64,000 nucleotides of DNA from Octopus bimaculoides (Eukaryota), in assembly GCF_001194135.2 (NCBI RefSeq), contig NC_068984.1, positions 62,992,513 to 63,056,512 on the forward strand, read 5' to 3'. Position numbers and translations under genes: made by a program. Positions 26,655-38,405 of the stretch are shown piece after piece; positions within the stretch are counted from its first letter, which is position 1, and each line of letters opens with the position of its first letter. The notes under the pieces were generated by a model, which did not search any database, had not been told where the DNA came from, and saw only the letters and a program-made list of their open reading frames with translations.

Positions 26655-27299
26655 TGTATGTATGTATGTGGGTTTTGAGGAGTGTGGAATATCTCTTAAC
26701 CACAAATATTTCTAGATCTATTCTGATTGGAACTGTAGCACCTTTAGGTGTCCCAGCTTGGATTAACTAGCATGTCACGAAATTGCTTCCAGAAAAAGGT
26801 AACTCAAAGACACCCCAAAAGACCCAGGGTAGATGAGGCCCTTCAGCACTGTAGCTGATCATCTAAGAGAAGATAACTCCATACGAATCCTGAATCCTAA
26901 TAACTACTGAGCTCATAGTAATAGTTGCACCAGACCAATACATGTCTGAAGAGAAAGAGAGTCGGACTGACTATCTATAAACTATGCCCACTATGTAATA
27001 TTCATTGTGCAGCTTGTTCAGCAAAGCAAAACACCATCACGATAACATTGCCAAACATTGAACTACAACAGTGCAGCTGCGTCTTACTGAAATCTCCTTC
27101 ATTGAAGTGATAAGAGTTACCACACCACTTCATGTATGCGGATATATGCACGTGTATGTGTGTCTATCTGCTATGAGTATGGCTCTGTGTGTGTGCACAA
27201 TCATGTGGGAGCTAAATGTGCCCTGCAAAGAATGCATAGATGGAGGGGGCTTATGAGAGAAACCCTGTCAAATGTTACTGACAAGTTAATTGAAGTAGG

Positions 27300-27500
27300 C
27301 TGCTGGTGGGGAGTTCTCTCTCTTTAATGCTCTCACTAGGCTTGGAGTTACTGATGCACCAAAGAGGAGGAGCTACGACAGAATCTTCAAAGAAATCTAT
27401 TAGATGGCCTTGGATAAAAAGGGCAGACCAATAGTTTGCTTGGTCAATTTTGACTTGATTGATTGCAGGAGAGAATCTGATGAATTCCAATAAAACCTCA
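27300..27500 (+). mobile_element. Possible RTE-type LINE 3' remnant
   Basis: RRSYDRIFKEIY*MALDKKGRP resembles the R...DDR..K.I......KRGRP C-terminal motif of RTE LINEs. The match is short and degenerate. Confidence 0.35.
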
Positions 27501-27680
27501 GAAACATGACAGTTGATGTATACCAGAAGAAGATGTCTTTGGACCCAAACTAAGATTTTTTATATATATTATCATTTTTAATCAATATTTTAAAGTAGCA
27601 TTAAAACATTCACTGGACTGATAAAAGATGTTTTAAGTGCAAAACAACTATTAATTTTGATGGTAGAAATGACGATGTGA

Positions 27681-27911
27681 AGGCGGTGAGCTGGCAGAAA
27701 CATTAGCACACGGGGAGAAATGCTTAGCGGTATTTCGTCTGCCGTTACATTCTGAGTTCAAATTCCACCGAGGTCGAATTTGCCTTTCATCCTTTCGGGG
27801 TCGATAAATTAAGTACCAGTTACATACTGAGGTCGATGTAATCGACTTAACCCCTTTGTCTGTCCTTGTTTTTCCCTCTATGTCTAGCCCCTTGTGGGCA
27901 ATAAAGAAATA
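27681..27911 (+). mobile_element. SINE family B (tRNA head plus Meta-like central domain)
   Basis: GGCGGTGAGCTGGCAGAAAC...GAGTTCAAATTCC...GCCTTTCATCCTTTCGGGGTCGATAAATTAAGTACCAG...AATAAAGAAATAAGA, with a 15-bp TSD AGAAATGAC(G/A)ATGTG. Confidence 0.92.
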
Positions 27912-29794
27912 AGAAATGACAATGTGCTTATATATTCATCCTTTGTGGCCCGGCATTTTTGGCAGTAAGTATGGCTAGTTAACTTGTACTATGCTTTCGT
28001 TAATTGTTTTAGGTGTCTGTGTAGTTTCAAGCAGATATAGATCCTCTATCATCCACCTCACCGTCAGTCCGTGCACACATCCAGGATATGAGAACTTGAG
28101 GAAAAGATCTGCCAAGCACCTGGCTAGCATTCATTTACAGCTGAATAAACTGGTGCAACATAAAATAGTGTTCGAGAGCATAATGTGTCACTTGGTCTAG
28201 GAATTAAATCCATATCTTTACGAGTGGAATAGCCAGTCCATTTGATTACATAGTTTGCTGCATATTTCAAGGCAAGTAATTAAAATAGAGTGACATCTCC
28301 TAGAAATTACCTTCAGTGAGTAGTTTGTTATAGTTTATGTTAAGGTTTGGATCATAATACATTTAAAATGTAACCTCTGACATTAAAAATATATGTAAAA
28401 TAAGCAATACAGATGTGGCAATAATAAGGTGTCTCTATGATAGCTCAACTATCTACAAATAGCAAGCATATTTTTTTAAAACGTTATAATTCCATCATTT
28501 AAAATTAAGGAAAGATATATTACTAAATACGGTCTGAGATAACCTATATCAATTAAAGATAGTATAGTGGACATGCATAATCAAGCCTGACCTAGGGTTA
28601 AATAACAACAAAAGTCAATGATATAAAAATGTTAAAATGTCTATATTTATCTAAAAGAATATTGACATGTTGCTTCAAACTTTCATAACTGTATTATTAT
28701 TTCTAATGTCTATGAAAGAATGATACCTTGAGAATCACTTGAGTGCACTTAGCTCTTGATGTATGCAGCTTTCATTCACATAAGTAACTATATATTTGAA
28801 TATCATGTTATATCTATTTGCAGATATAGAACATTGTTGGATTGTTTATTAAAACACACTAATGTACCATTTGATCTATATTTAAGTTTACTGCCATTTA
28901 TAAACAACAGAAGTGAAATGCAAGTAAAAGTCAATATTTCTCCTATTTTAAGTATAGAAATATGTAAACATTCAACCAATTTGCTTTATTTCTGCTTTTG
29001 AATATTCACTTCTAAATCTACTTTGGATAAAATACTTTTATTTTACTTCTCCATTTTATTTATATATAACTTCTTCTTACTACAGTTTAATCAAGGATGC
29101 ACTCAAGAACCATCCAGTCGTCATGTGTTATACACAGTAAAATATTGAGAAATTCTCTTATTTATTTTCAGAAATCTATAGAAAATGAACATATAACCTC
29201 TAGAGAACCTTAATTATTCGAATGAATGGTAATTAAGTCTGGAACACAAACTAAATAAATTGACTTGTTTACAACAAGTTGTTAATGCACATTTTCAACT
29301 TCAGTTTTAATCTCTAAAATCAATGAATGCAACATTGTACTGCATTTTACAATGTCAGTTATTCTTGCTAGGATTGATAAATGCTGATTTTTTTTTTTTT
29401 TAATTTCAAAGCAATTATGTCTTTATATCAAAACAGTTCTACACTCAAAAGTATAAAAATAAAGATTTACTTCAATCAAGAGTCAAAAGGTAATTATATA
29501 TAGTAGTCATATTGACATTATACTGAATTAATATTTATTTCATTCATTCTTATATGTGATGAAATTTTCATACTGGCAAACATAGCAAAATAAGTAAGGT
29601 TTTTCTATTTCTAAATACTATATAAGTATTGCAGCCATGTGGTTCTGAGTTCAATCCTTCTACTGAAGAATCAAACTGACCAAAATTTCATAGTGAGAAA
29701 CCATGCAGAGAATCGCTAGTAAATCTGATGACCGGAGAGGGTGGAGAGAGGCATAAGCATACATATGTGTCTACACACACACATATGCATACAC

Positions 29795-29830
<36 letters not shown>

Positions 29831-29832
<2 letters not shown>

Positions 29833-29985
29833 GAGAATATACAAATAATAACAACAGACGAGGAGAGGTGGTGTAAATAACAAAAGTATATATTAGTATG
29901 ACGCTCGGGAATACGGAAAGTCTTTGACGTTTCGAGCTACGCTCTTCAACAGAAAGAATACGGAGACAAGGAGAAAAACACGGAG
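29831..29985 (-). mobile_element. Short hammerhead-bearing element, copy 2
   Basis: Reverse complement of 22847-23002, identical across the ribozyme motif. Confidence 0.75.
29921..29957 (-). ncRNA. Minimal type I hammerhead ribozyme motif (variant core), copy 2
   Basis: Plus-strand TCTTTGACGTTTCGAGCTACGCTCTTCAACAGAAAGA is the exact reverse complement of 22875-22911. Confidence 0.6.
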
Positions 29986-30232
29986 AAAAAAAATTGAATA
30001 GTGTTCAGTCAACGGAGCTTCTTTCTGTGTGTGGATTTGTGTGTGTGTATGTGCGTGCATGTGTGTGTGTGCATGTGCATGCATGGGTGCATGCCTCCAC
30101 CCTCAGCTCTTGACTGAGTTCAAGATATGCCTTAGTGACACACCATTGTTACATTAGTCAGCACAAAGTCACAGTCTCATTCAAAGATATGCACATACAT
30201 ATATACATGGATACATGTATACATACACTTAA

Positions 30233-30269
<37 letters not shown>

Positions 30270-30599
30270 NNNNNNNNNNNNNNNNNNNNNNNNNNNNNNN
30301 NNNNNNNNNNNNNNNNNNNNNNNNNNNNNNNNNNNNNNNNNNNNNNNNNNNNNNNNNNNNNNNNNNNNNNNNNNNNNNNNNNNNNNNNNNNNNNNNNNNN
30401 NNNNNNNNNNNNNNNNNNNNNNNNNNNNNNNNNNNNNNNNNNNNNNNNNNNNNNNNNNNNNNNNNNNNNNNNNNNNNNNNNNNNNNNNNNNNNNNNNNNN
30501 NNNNNNNNNNNNNNNNNNNNNNNNNNNNNNNNNNNNNNNNNNNNNNNNNNNNNNNNNNNNNNNNNNNATATATATATATCAGAATAATCAACAAGGATA

Positions 30600-30760
30600 T
30601 CCAAAGTTTCATTCTTCCACTTTTGAAACACTCAAAACATTGTGTATGATCCATTGCTTTATTGCTGTAAACTTGCTGAAGCATGCTCAATGTCTTTGTA
30701 GCAGACTTCATTTTTGATGAATGTGATACACAAGCATTCAACTATGAGTACATTGAATGT
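30600..30760 (-). mobile_element. Mariner transposase N-terminal fragment
   Basis: KSATKTLSMLQQVYSNKAMDHTQCFE...FKSGR (cf. KSATETL..LQQAYG.EAM.RTQCFEW..RFKSGR). Confidence 0.75.
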
Positions 30761-31575
30761 TATAGCAGAAACTGCAGTAAGATAATGAAGTTCTTGACAT
30801 AATTTCATTCCTTTCTTATATAACTTATATAATTTTAATTTCTTATACACTTGTGTATGTGTATGTGCAGTATCCCACCATGAGGAATCGATGCTAGAAG
30901 GGTTGAAACAATTGTAGTGATCAAGAAACATTCTCATATCTTCTATCTTTCATCTCTCTTATTAAGCAAATAGCCAACAAACATTGAGAAAGTGAACATA
31001 CTTTACCGATAAGCTATCAGGTCTATATCATATGATTTATTAACTAATAATGATATATATGAACATATGTATACATGTGTGTGTATTTGTGTGTATGTGT
31101 TGTGTATACACGATGTGTTTCTATATAGAGTTTCCATCTGCCAAATTTTATTCACAATGGAGGCTATTAACCTACCAGCAGCATATGATCCATATGTTAT
31201 TACTATTTGCTCGGTGAGATTACCTTTCTTCTGCTTGAACTAAGCATCCTTACCACATGTTGCTTATGGAGATTATTTTCTTTTTATTAATGCATTTGAT
31301 TTAATCTAAGTATAGAAAAAATATATTTAATTTAGGAAGAATGACTATTTAAGAGAACATATAAATTTATATCGCAGAGGTATTAGATTTAAGTTTCATA
31401 ACTAAATATTAGAGTAAGTTTTGAAATTACAATTACTAGTGGGAAATTTGAAATTGAAATTGAACTAAAAATATGTAAAGAACTTTTGCTGTTCTTTCTA
31501 AGGTTAGTTATTTTAGACACTATATAATAACTGAACTTTTTTTTTCTTCATATTTCATTTTATATTATTTTAACA

Positions 31576-32745
31576 ATAAAACTATAAATAAGATAAATCA
31601 AGGAAGAGTGTAGTCATGAACATTTTGATATAATTTATTTTGAAGGTTCATAAAACATTTATTGACACAGTTAATATAACTGAAAATACTAAGCAATTTA
31701 AGGGAAATCATTCTGAGGAGAGACGACAGGTTATATAATATGTGTTCCAAAATAATTTATTTGAAATGTCATGGGATGTAAACAAATCATAGCTTTTCTC
31801 AACAGATTCTGTTAGCTGCCATGCTGCCTTGTAAATCAGTGAACCCAGAAATTAGAATCTGTCTTGCAATCTCGTAAAATTATACATCCTTAAATGCTCT
31901 GGCAAATTTGTAGTCACTAAAAATAAAATGTAAAAATATTGTAGTAATATATTGCTGAATAAGATTTGTTGAAATCATAAAATCTAACCACTCAATGAAG
32001 AATTTTGCAGTTATTTGCCAAACTCAAACTTAAAACCTTTATTCTTTCCGACTTTAAATATATCTATTTTTGAAAGCTAAATAGTTTTTTAGTTGCACAA
32101 CAACGAAACAAGTTCCTGTTTCACTAGTTTACATTCATTAAAAACTTATTGAAACCAGTGTTTTTTGCCCCTGAGCAAAGCACAAATGTTTTAGTTTCAG
32201 TAAGAATGCCAAATATAGATTATATATGTAGTCATTTAATCTGCTAGAAACAAAATAGCAACTAAACCTTCTTCATATCACACTCTACAATATTAATAGG
32301 GAGCATTTAATAACATAGTGCAGGATACTATGCTCATAAAATTAAAAAGATACAGTATGGTTTTGCATTTTGGTTAAAATACTTTCCTTTAAGAGTCAAC
32401 ACAACCTGGGATGACTTCATCAATGGCTTAACATCCAATTTTCCATTCTTGCATGGGTCTGATGGAGCTTATTTGGTGCAGATTTTTTATAGTCAGATTC
32501 TCTTCCTGTTGCCAATCCTCACCTGGTTGCATGTAGGATAAATATTTCTCCATGACCGTGAATGTTTTCATGGATGATTGAAGCTGTATATAAGAGCCAA
32601 AGAACTCTTTAACCACAAAATCACATTTTATATATTCTCAGTAATATTAACTGTGTCAATAAATGTTTTATGAACCTTCAAAATAAATTATAGCAAAATG
32701 TTCATGACTAAATTCTTCTTTGATTTATCTTATTTAAAGTTTTAT
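31576..32745. repeat. 113-bp inverted repeat pair (31576-31688 / 32633-32745)
   Basis: Manual alignment gives 7 mismatches, no gaps, and a ~945-bp spacer. Confidence 0.9.
32350..32580 (+). repeat. Dispersed repeat (family E), also at ~35195-35400
   Basis: Shared TACAGTA(T/C)GGTTTTG...GGTTAAAAT...TTTAAGAGTC...CACAA(C/T)CTGG(G/T)ATGACTTCA(T/C)CAATG...TTAACATCC. Confidence 0.7.
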
Positions 32746-32767
32746 GCGTATATCATCATCATCACCA

Positions 32768-32800
<33 letters not shown>

Positions 32801-32837
32801 AGTATATACATATATTTATACATATGCATACAAAATT

Positions 32838-33000
32838 AGCTTCTTTCAGTTTCCATCTATGAAATCCAGTTATAAAGCTTTTGTTTGTACTGAAAGCTAA
32901 CATAAATGACTTTTGGCCAAGGTGTCTTGCACTGGGACTGAAACCAAAACCACATCGTTCAGAAGCAAACTTATTTCTGTAAAGCCTTGCTTGTGCCTTG
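32838..33000 (-). mobile_element. SINE family A, 5' part
   Basis: CTTCTTTCAGTTTCCATCTA...GCCAAGGTGTCTTGCACTGGGACTGAAACC, the reverse complement of the tRNA-like head. Confidence 0.75.
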
Positions 33001-33199
33001 TAGCTAAATGATACTTACCTCAGGTTAAATGACTGAAAATAAATATTCTCTTTATATCACACTTTGTATTGACTGTTCTACTAGCATTTTCTAATGGTAT
33101 TGCAATCATACCAAACCGAAAAGTAGTAAAACATTTTTTTTAAAATGCAGTGATTTTAAAATCTATTATTCCTGTCTGCTTAGCATTGCTTTTAGTAAG

Positions 33200-33580
33200 A
33201 CTCCACTTTTCCCATTCTGCTCACATTAATAAGAACTCTTCCACTATTGTCAACAGTCATCAAGAACGTAGGAGGAAAATAAGTTCTGATCAATCATCAA
33301 AAGGGTGAAACTAATATATGTGATTATTAATCCAAGCTCCTAAATGAAATAAGCCAGTGGTTTTAACGTCTAAAGGAATGATTGCATTAAATGTGGAGCT
33401 TTCTACATTTCCATTTTTCTCAATACCCAAAACTATTGCAATTTATCTTGGAGACTAATTAATCTTGTATCATCATGAGAATATGTTGAGCTATTCACAT
33501 TTTTGTTTAGCTGTTAATAAATAGCTTTTGCAACTTGGAAGTGAACGACAAAAGAATCCTGATAAGTTTTAAAAGTGACA
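33200..33580 (-). mobile_element. Possible highly decayed LINE RT fragment (CR1/L2-like)
   Basis: SSTYSHDDTRL..LQDKLQ..W resembles the FADDTKL...LQ.DL..L..W region. Many stops are present. Confidence 0.25.
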
Positions 33581-33694
33581 AAAAGCTGTCGATAAGAAGA
33601 TAAAAATATTTGTGCTTTAATACCTTGAATTAACTTCACAGTAGGTCTAAAGACTTATATATACATGCGTAAATACATACATGTTTTATTTTTT

Positions 33695-34132
33695 GTCTTC
33701 TATTTTTACTTGTTTCATTTAGACTGTGGACATACTGGAGCTCTACCTTGAGGAATTTTAGTTGAACACATCAACCCCAGTACTTATTTTTGGAAGCCTA
33801 TTAATCATTCTCTCAGACACTTTTGTCAAATCATTAACTTACAAAAATGTATAGGCACCAACAGCAGTTATCATATAGTAGTGGGTGACAAAAACAGGCA
33901 CAGACACACACATAGATATGTATCTATGCACACATAAGCATGCACACGAGCACATGCATGCAGACACATACACACACATATACATATATATACAACAAAC
34001 ATCTTTCAGTTTCCATGCATCTTATCCACTCGAGGCTATAGTAGAAGACACTTGCCCAAAGTGCTTTGCAGTGGGACTGAGTAAGGGACTGTGTTTAAGA
34101 AGCAAACTTCTTGCCTTACAGCTATACCTGTG
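33695..34132 (-). mobile_element. SINE family A, full-length, diverged
   Basis: Tail TTTTTACTTGTTTC, central CA/TA repeat, and head GAGGCTATAGTAGAAGACACTTGCCCAAAGTG...GTGGGACTGA...TACCTGTGC. Confidence 0.85.
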
Positions 34133-34954
34133 CTTATATAGAGAGATAGACAGACGGCTAGATAGATGAATTTGAAACAAAATATATTTAAACAAAATAA
34201 CTCAGAGTGGCTAGTTGCATGTATTTGGACAACTAAAATAAATGAGTAAAATATATATATACAAAATGAATTCTTGGCATATTGAAATTTTCTCTATTTC
34301 CATAAGAAAGTAGCCCAATTAGTATCAGTGGATACCTTTCCTAAATATGATGGAAGACAATTTGAAAAATCAAGTATTCTCCAAAATTGACATTCCATTA
34401 AGGGAAAATAATATGATTTTCTGAAGACAAGAAGGTGACTATTGAGACATGATAGTCTCAATATGTATTCTTAGTACAGCAATTATTTTACATAAGACAA
34501 AATAATTAGAGATATAGAAAAATGATATAACATAACTGTAGCCTAGATTATTTACATAAGTGAGGCAAAAATAAGCTAACACCCATTTTTAAAAATTTAT
34601 TTTGCATGTATCTATATTTCTGATCTGCTGAAAAGAAGGGAGGACAATTGCTAAATACTTCTCAGCACCTATCATCTTCTCCTTTTCTTTAATGTTAAGT
34701 TAGTTTTGAAAAAGTTTTGATTCTTATGATTACCTCCCTTTCTCACTTGGAATTGGAACCAACTGCCACCAACTGATTGGAGTAGTCTCTGTGGAATCAG
34801 AGGTAAGTTCAATATTTCAAGAATATTTTCTTTATTATTTCATGTACCATAATATATTATCAGCAACAGAAAGAAGGGCAACTAAATCTTCTTCATACCA
34901 TACACTATCATATAGAAATAAAATAGTGCAAGACACTACACCTCATAGACTACA

Positions 34955-35190
34955 AAGGCTGTGAGCTGGCAGAAACGTTAGCATGCCGGGCGAAATGCTT
35001 AGCGGTATTTCGTCTGCCATTATGTTCTGAGTTCAAAGTCCGCTGAGGTCGACTTTGCCTGTCATCCTTTCGGGGTCGATAAATTAAGAACCATTTACTC
35101 ACTGGAGTCAATGTAATCGACTTAATCCCCTTGTCTGTCCTTGTTTGTCTCCTCTGCGTTTAGTCCCTTGCGAGCAATAAAGAAATAAGA
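34955..35190 (+). mobile_element. SINE family B
   Basis: Collinear with 27681 and 63157; flanked by the TACAAAGG repeat (TSD). Confidence 0.92.
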
Positions 35191-35530
35191 ATACAAAGGT
35201 ACAGTACGGTTTTGGTTAAAATGCCATTCTTTAAGAGTCTGCACAATCTGGTATGACTTCACCAATGATTTAACATCCTCTCTTCTATATTTGCTTGAGT
35301 CAGAAAGATTTTTTTTTATAATTGGGTGCCTTTCCAGTCACCAACTATTAGCTGTGTTGAAGTAAGGTATATTTCCCTATCATCACACATGTCTCAGATG
35401 ATTGGAAATGAAGGACATTGCTTGGATTATGTCAAAGAAAGGAAACAGTAAAACACACACACACAAGGACATACACACACGCACACACGCACACACACAC
35501 ACACACACACACTCACATATATGTATATGT

Positions 35531-37029
35531 ACATTAGGGTGGAGTGAAAAATGCAACTTTCGAAATTGGTAACCAAGAATCGTTATTTTGATGCAAATTA
35601 AAGTTAAAAGAGAGGTGTATAAAGAACTTTGCGGTTAAATATTGTTTTGAAGCTCTGCAAATCGCTATTTTTGGTCGAATTTTAGATTTCATGGATTATA
35701 AGTTGCAAGAAATACATATTTCTACATACCAGATTGTATCATAGTAAATATAGTATCTTTAGAAGGTTGCATATCAAGTTTCACTACAATTGACGAAAAT
35801 CTTGCAGTTCTGCATTGACTATAGAGAAAGGTGTGTCTGAACTCTTCAGCGCTTTTGCAATGGTCGTTGCGTGTGGACGTACCTCGTACGTGTGTGAAGT
35901 TTTCTGGATTGTACCTTGACTTTCGGCCGTTGTATTAAAATTAATGACCGTGTTAACTTTAGTGTTGCTTACATTTCATGATGACTCATAAGCCAATAAT
36001 GCGTCATGATACTGAATGTCCAATATTCGGTACTCCATGTGATCTTAGCGAGCAAGTTTTACCAACTTAGAAGGACGTACTAAAATGTTTTATTTGAACG
36101 GGAAAAAGAAAAGAGTGTGATTTGAAAAGATAACTCTTCTTTGACAAAAGACATCCATCCCTTGGGCTACGATTGAGTCAGTTAAACGGAAAATCTTAAA
36201 CTTTCATCCAAAGTACTAAAATCTGTGAAAAATAGAGAAAATGTGCCATTGTTTCAAAGAAAGTGTAATGTGTTTAAAAATAATGCAACGAAAGATTTAT
36301 TTAACATTTCAAAAGCCATAGCTATAGTAGAGACAAAAATGTATAACAGAGAACAACATTTTTTACAGGATCAACGGACAAATCGAAAAATGATCATTGG
36401 CGGAATAGATCGGACAGTATCTAAACACAACGTTCAGAGGTTGATTGGAAAGAATCGGTCAAATCAAAGTCGTCCTTCTACGTCAACAAGTTTAAGATTT
36501 ACCGTTTAACTGACTCAATCGTAACACAAGGAATGGATGCGTTTTGCCAAAGAAGAATTATCTTTCCTGCTACAATCTTGACAATTTGTTTAGTTTATTT
36601 TAATGTGTATATAATCTAGACCTCATGTAACACATATTCGGTGACCTAGTATGAAAAATAATAAAGAAAACAATGTCGAAAAGTTTATTTATTTCACATA
36701 ATTTCGAAACTTCAAGTGCGTTGCGGATCCTGAGGATATAAATTTTAGAGCTTGATATTTTAACTGTTATCTTAAAGGATTTCAAAAAAGGAAACTGATT
36801 CGTAACAATGAATTTAAAAAATAAAATGAGGAATGGCAAACGTGTTATAAATTGATTTTTCGCTCATTATTCAAAATTTTAAGCGGGCAGCAGAGCTTGA
36901 CGACGTAATTTTAATAACTTCAGAGTTCCACACAGTCCCTTCTAAACAATTTCGCAGTACAAAATATATACTTAAAAACATATTCAAAACTTTCGTGTAA
37001 AAAGTCCCTTTTTCGCGTCACCGTAATGT
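35531..37029 (+). mobile_element. Non-autonomous DNA transposon with degenerate TIRs, inner inverted repeats and a transposase-like fragment
   Basis: Ends are ACATTAGGGTGGAGTGAAAAATGCAACTTT / AAAGTCCCTTTTTCGCGTCACCGTAATGT. The inner IR is 36126-36203 / 36488-36565. ORF 36225-36509 contains KDLFNISK...FLQDQRTNRKMIIGGID. The superfamily is unresolved. Confidence 0.6.
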
Positions 37030-37069
37030 GCATAGCATGAGCATCTTTGAGTTTTTATCTACTAAATCC

Positions 37070-37816
37070 ATTTTCAATGTTTTGGTCAGCCCAGGTCAAT
37101 AGTAAAAGATATTTTCCCAAAAATTAAGATAGTGGGACAGGCCTTTGTTTCGAGGTCACAGCCAGAGACTCACGATTCATCACCTATTATGACCGTTTTC
37201 AAAAAGTTTTCATTGTTCTCGACACAATCAAGGTGATCTTGGGCAACTGAAATTCGAGTGTCGTTTTGGTCAGCCGAAAGCAGTTTTGGCATAAACTTTG
37301 CAGACACGCGTCTCATACCCAAACCTTGAGTGATAATAGACTGAACTGAACCGTAACTAATCTGTATGTCCTCTGATAACTAATGGATGGTGATTCGACG
37401 ATTTCCCCTCACAGCTACCTGCACATCTGCAACGTCTTTCTCAGATCTGCTGGTTGCGGGTCTCCCAGAACGTTCGTCGTTATCGACATTCTTCGGCCAT
37501 CTTGGAAACGTCTGAAATACTCATATACTTGTGTGCAGCTCATACACTCCTCTTCGAGTGGGTATCGCCCAGGTTTTGGCAAAATTTGATGTAGATTCTC
37601 TGCTCAATTTCGTCTGTCATGGTCAATGCGACAATCACACGCTACACATCTTTCTTCCAAGCAGTGCTGTAAACAACGGAAGTGAGCTAGAACATTAAAA
37701 CTTATTCCGCATGCACAGCAGATTTCAAGGTCAATCGGTGCCAAGTGATTTCACCCTGCATGCTTCAGCTTCCTTATTATGGCAACAGACCGGATACTTA
37801 TTGATCATGCCATGTA
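37070..37816 (-). mobile_element. Mariner 5' half (irritans-like)
   Basis: TIR TACATGGCATGATCAATAAGTATCCGGT. Translations include MTDEIEQRIYIKFCQNLGD, DERSGRPATS, GMRRVSAKFMPKLLSADQ and FLKTVIIGDES. Confidence 0.9.
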
Positions 37817-38194
37817 TGCATGTATATATGTATTTATGTATGTATGTATTTACTTAATACCTAGCCTGTGGGTTGTATCCTAAAAGATTAGCTATATTTA
37901 TAAACTATTGTTATTATTTCGAAATAGACTGATTAGAAGATTAGATAGCTTCCAAGGCAAAATTTCTCGGGCTATTTAATTATGTCTCTTTTTTTTTCTG
38001 ATGTTCAATCTTAACAAGAACAACTGGTACTTTCATGCTTCCTAAGTCAATAAAATTTGAGAGTTCTGCTCAAATACTGAGGTTGAATATGATTGACAAT
38101 ATTCTGTCAAACATTTATGCTGTGCCTCAAAATAGAATCCTCTCTATTTGTCATTGCTACAGTTTATGCTAACAACCTTATCTCATAACCCAAT

Positions 38195-38372
38195 CTTCAT
38201 CATCGGCCTCATCATCATCATCATCATTTTCATCATCATCATCATCATTCTTGTATCATCATCATTATCATCATCTATCGATCCTTCTCATGCTCCTCCT
38301 CTTCTTTGTCATCATCATCACCGTCATTACCATCATCACCATCATTACCATCATCACCGTCGTCATCATTGT

Positions 38373-38403
<31 letters not shown>

Positions 38404-38405
38404 AT
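38195..38405. repeat. (CAT)n-rich trinucleotide region
   Basis: Direct reading; source of the poly-His/Ile ORF 38148-38666. Confidence 0.9.
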
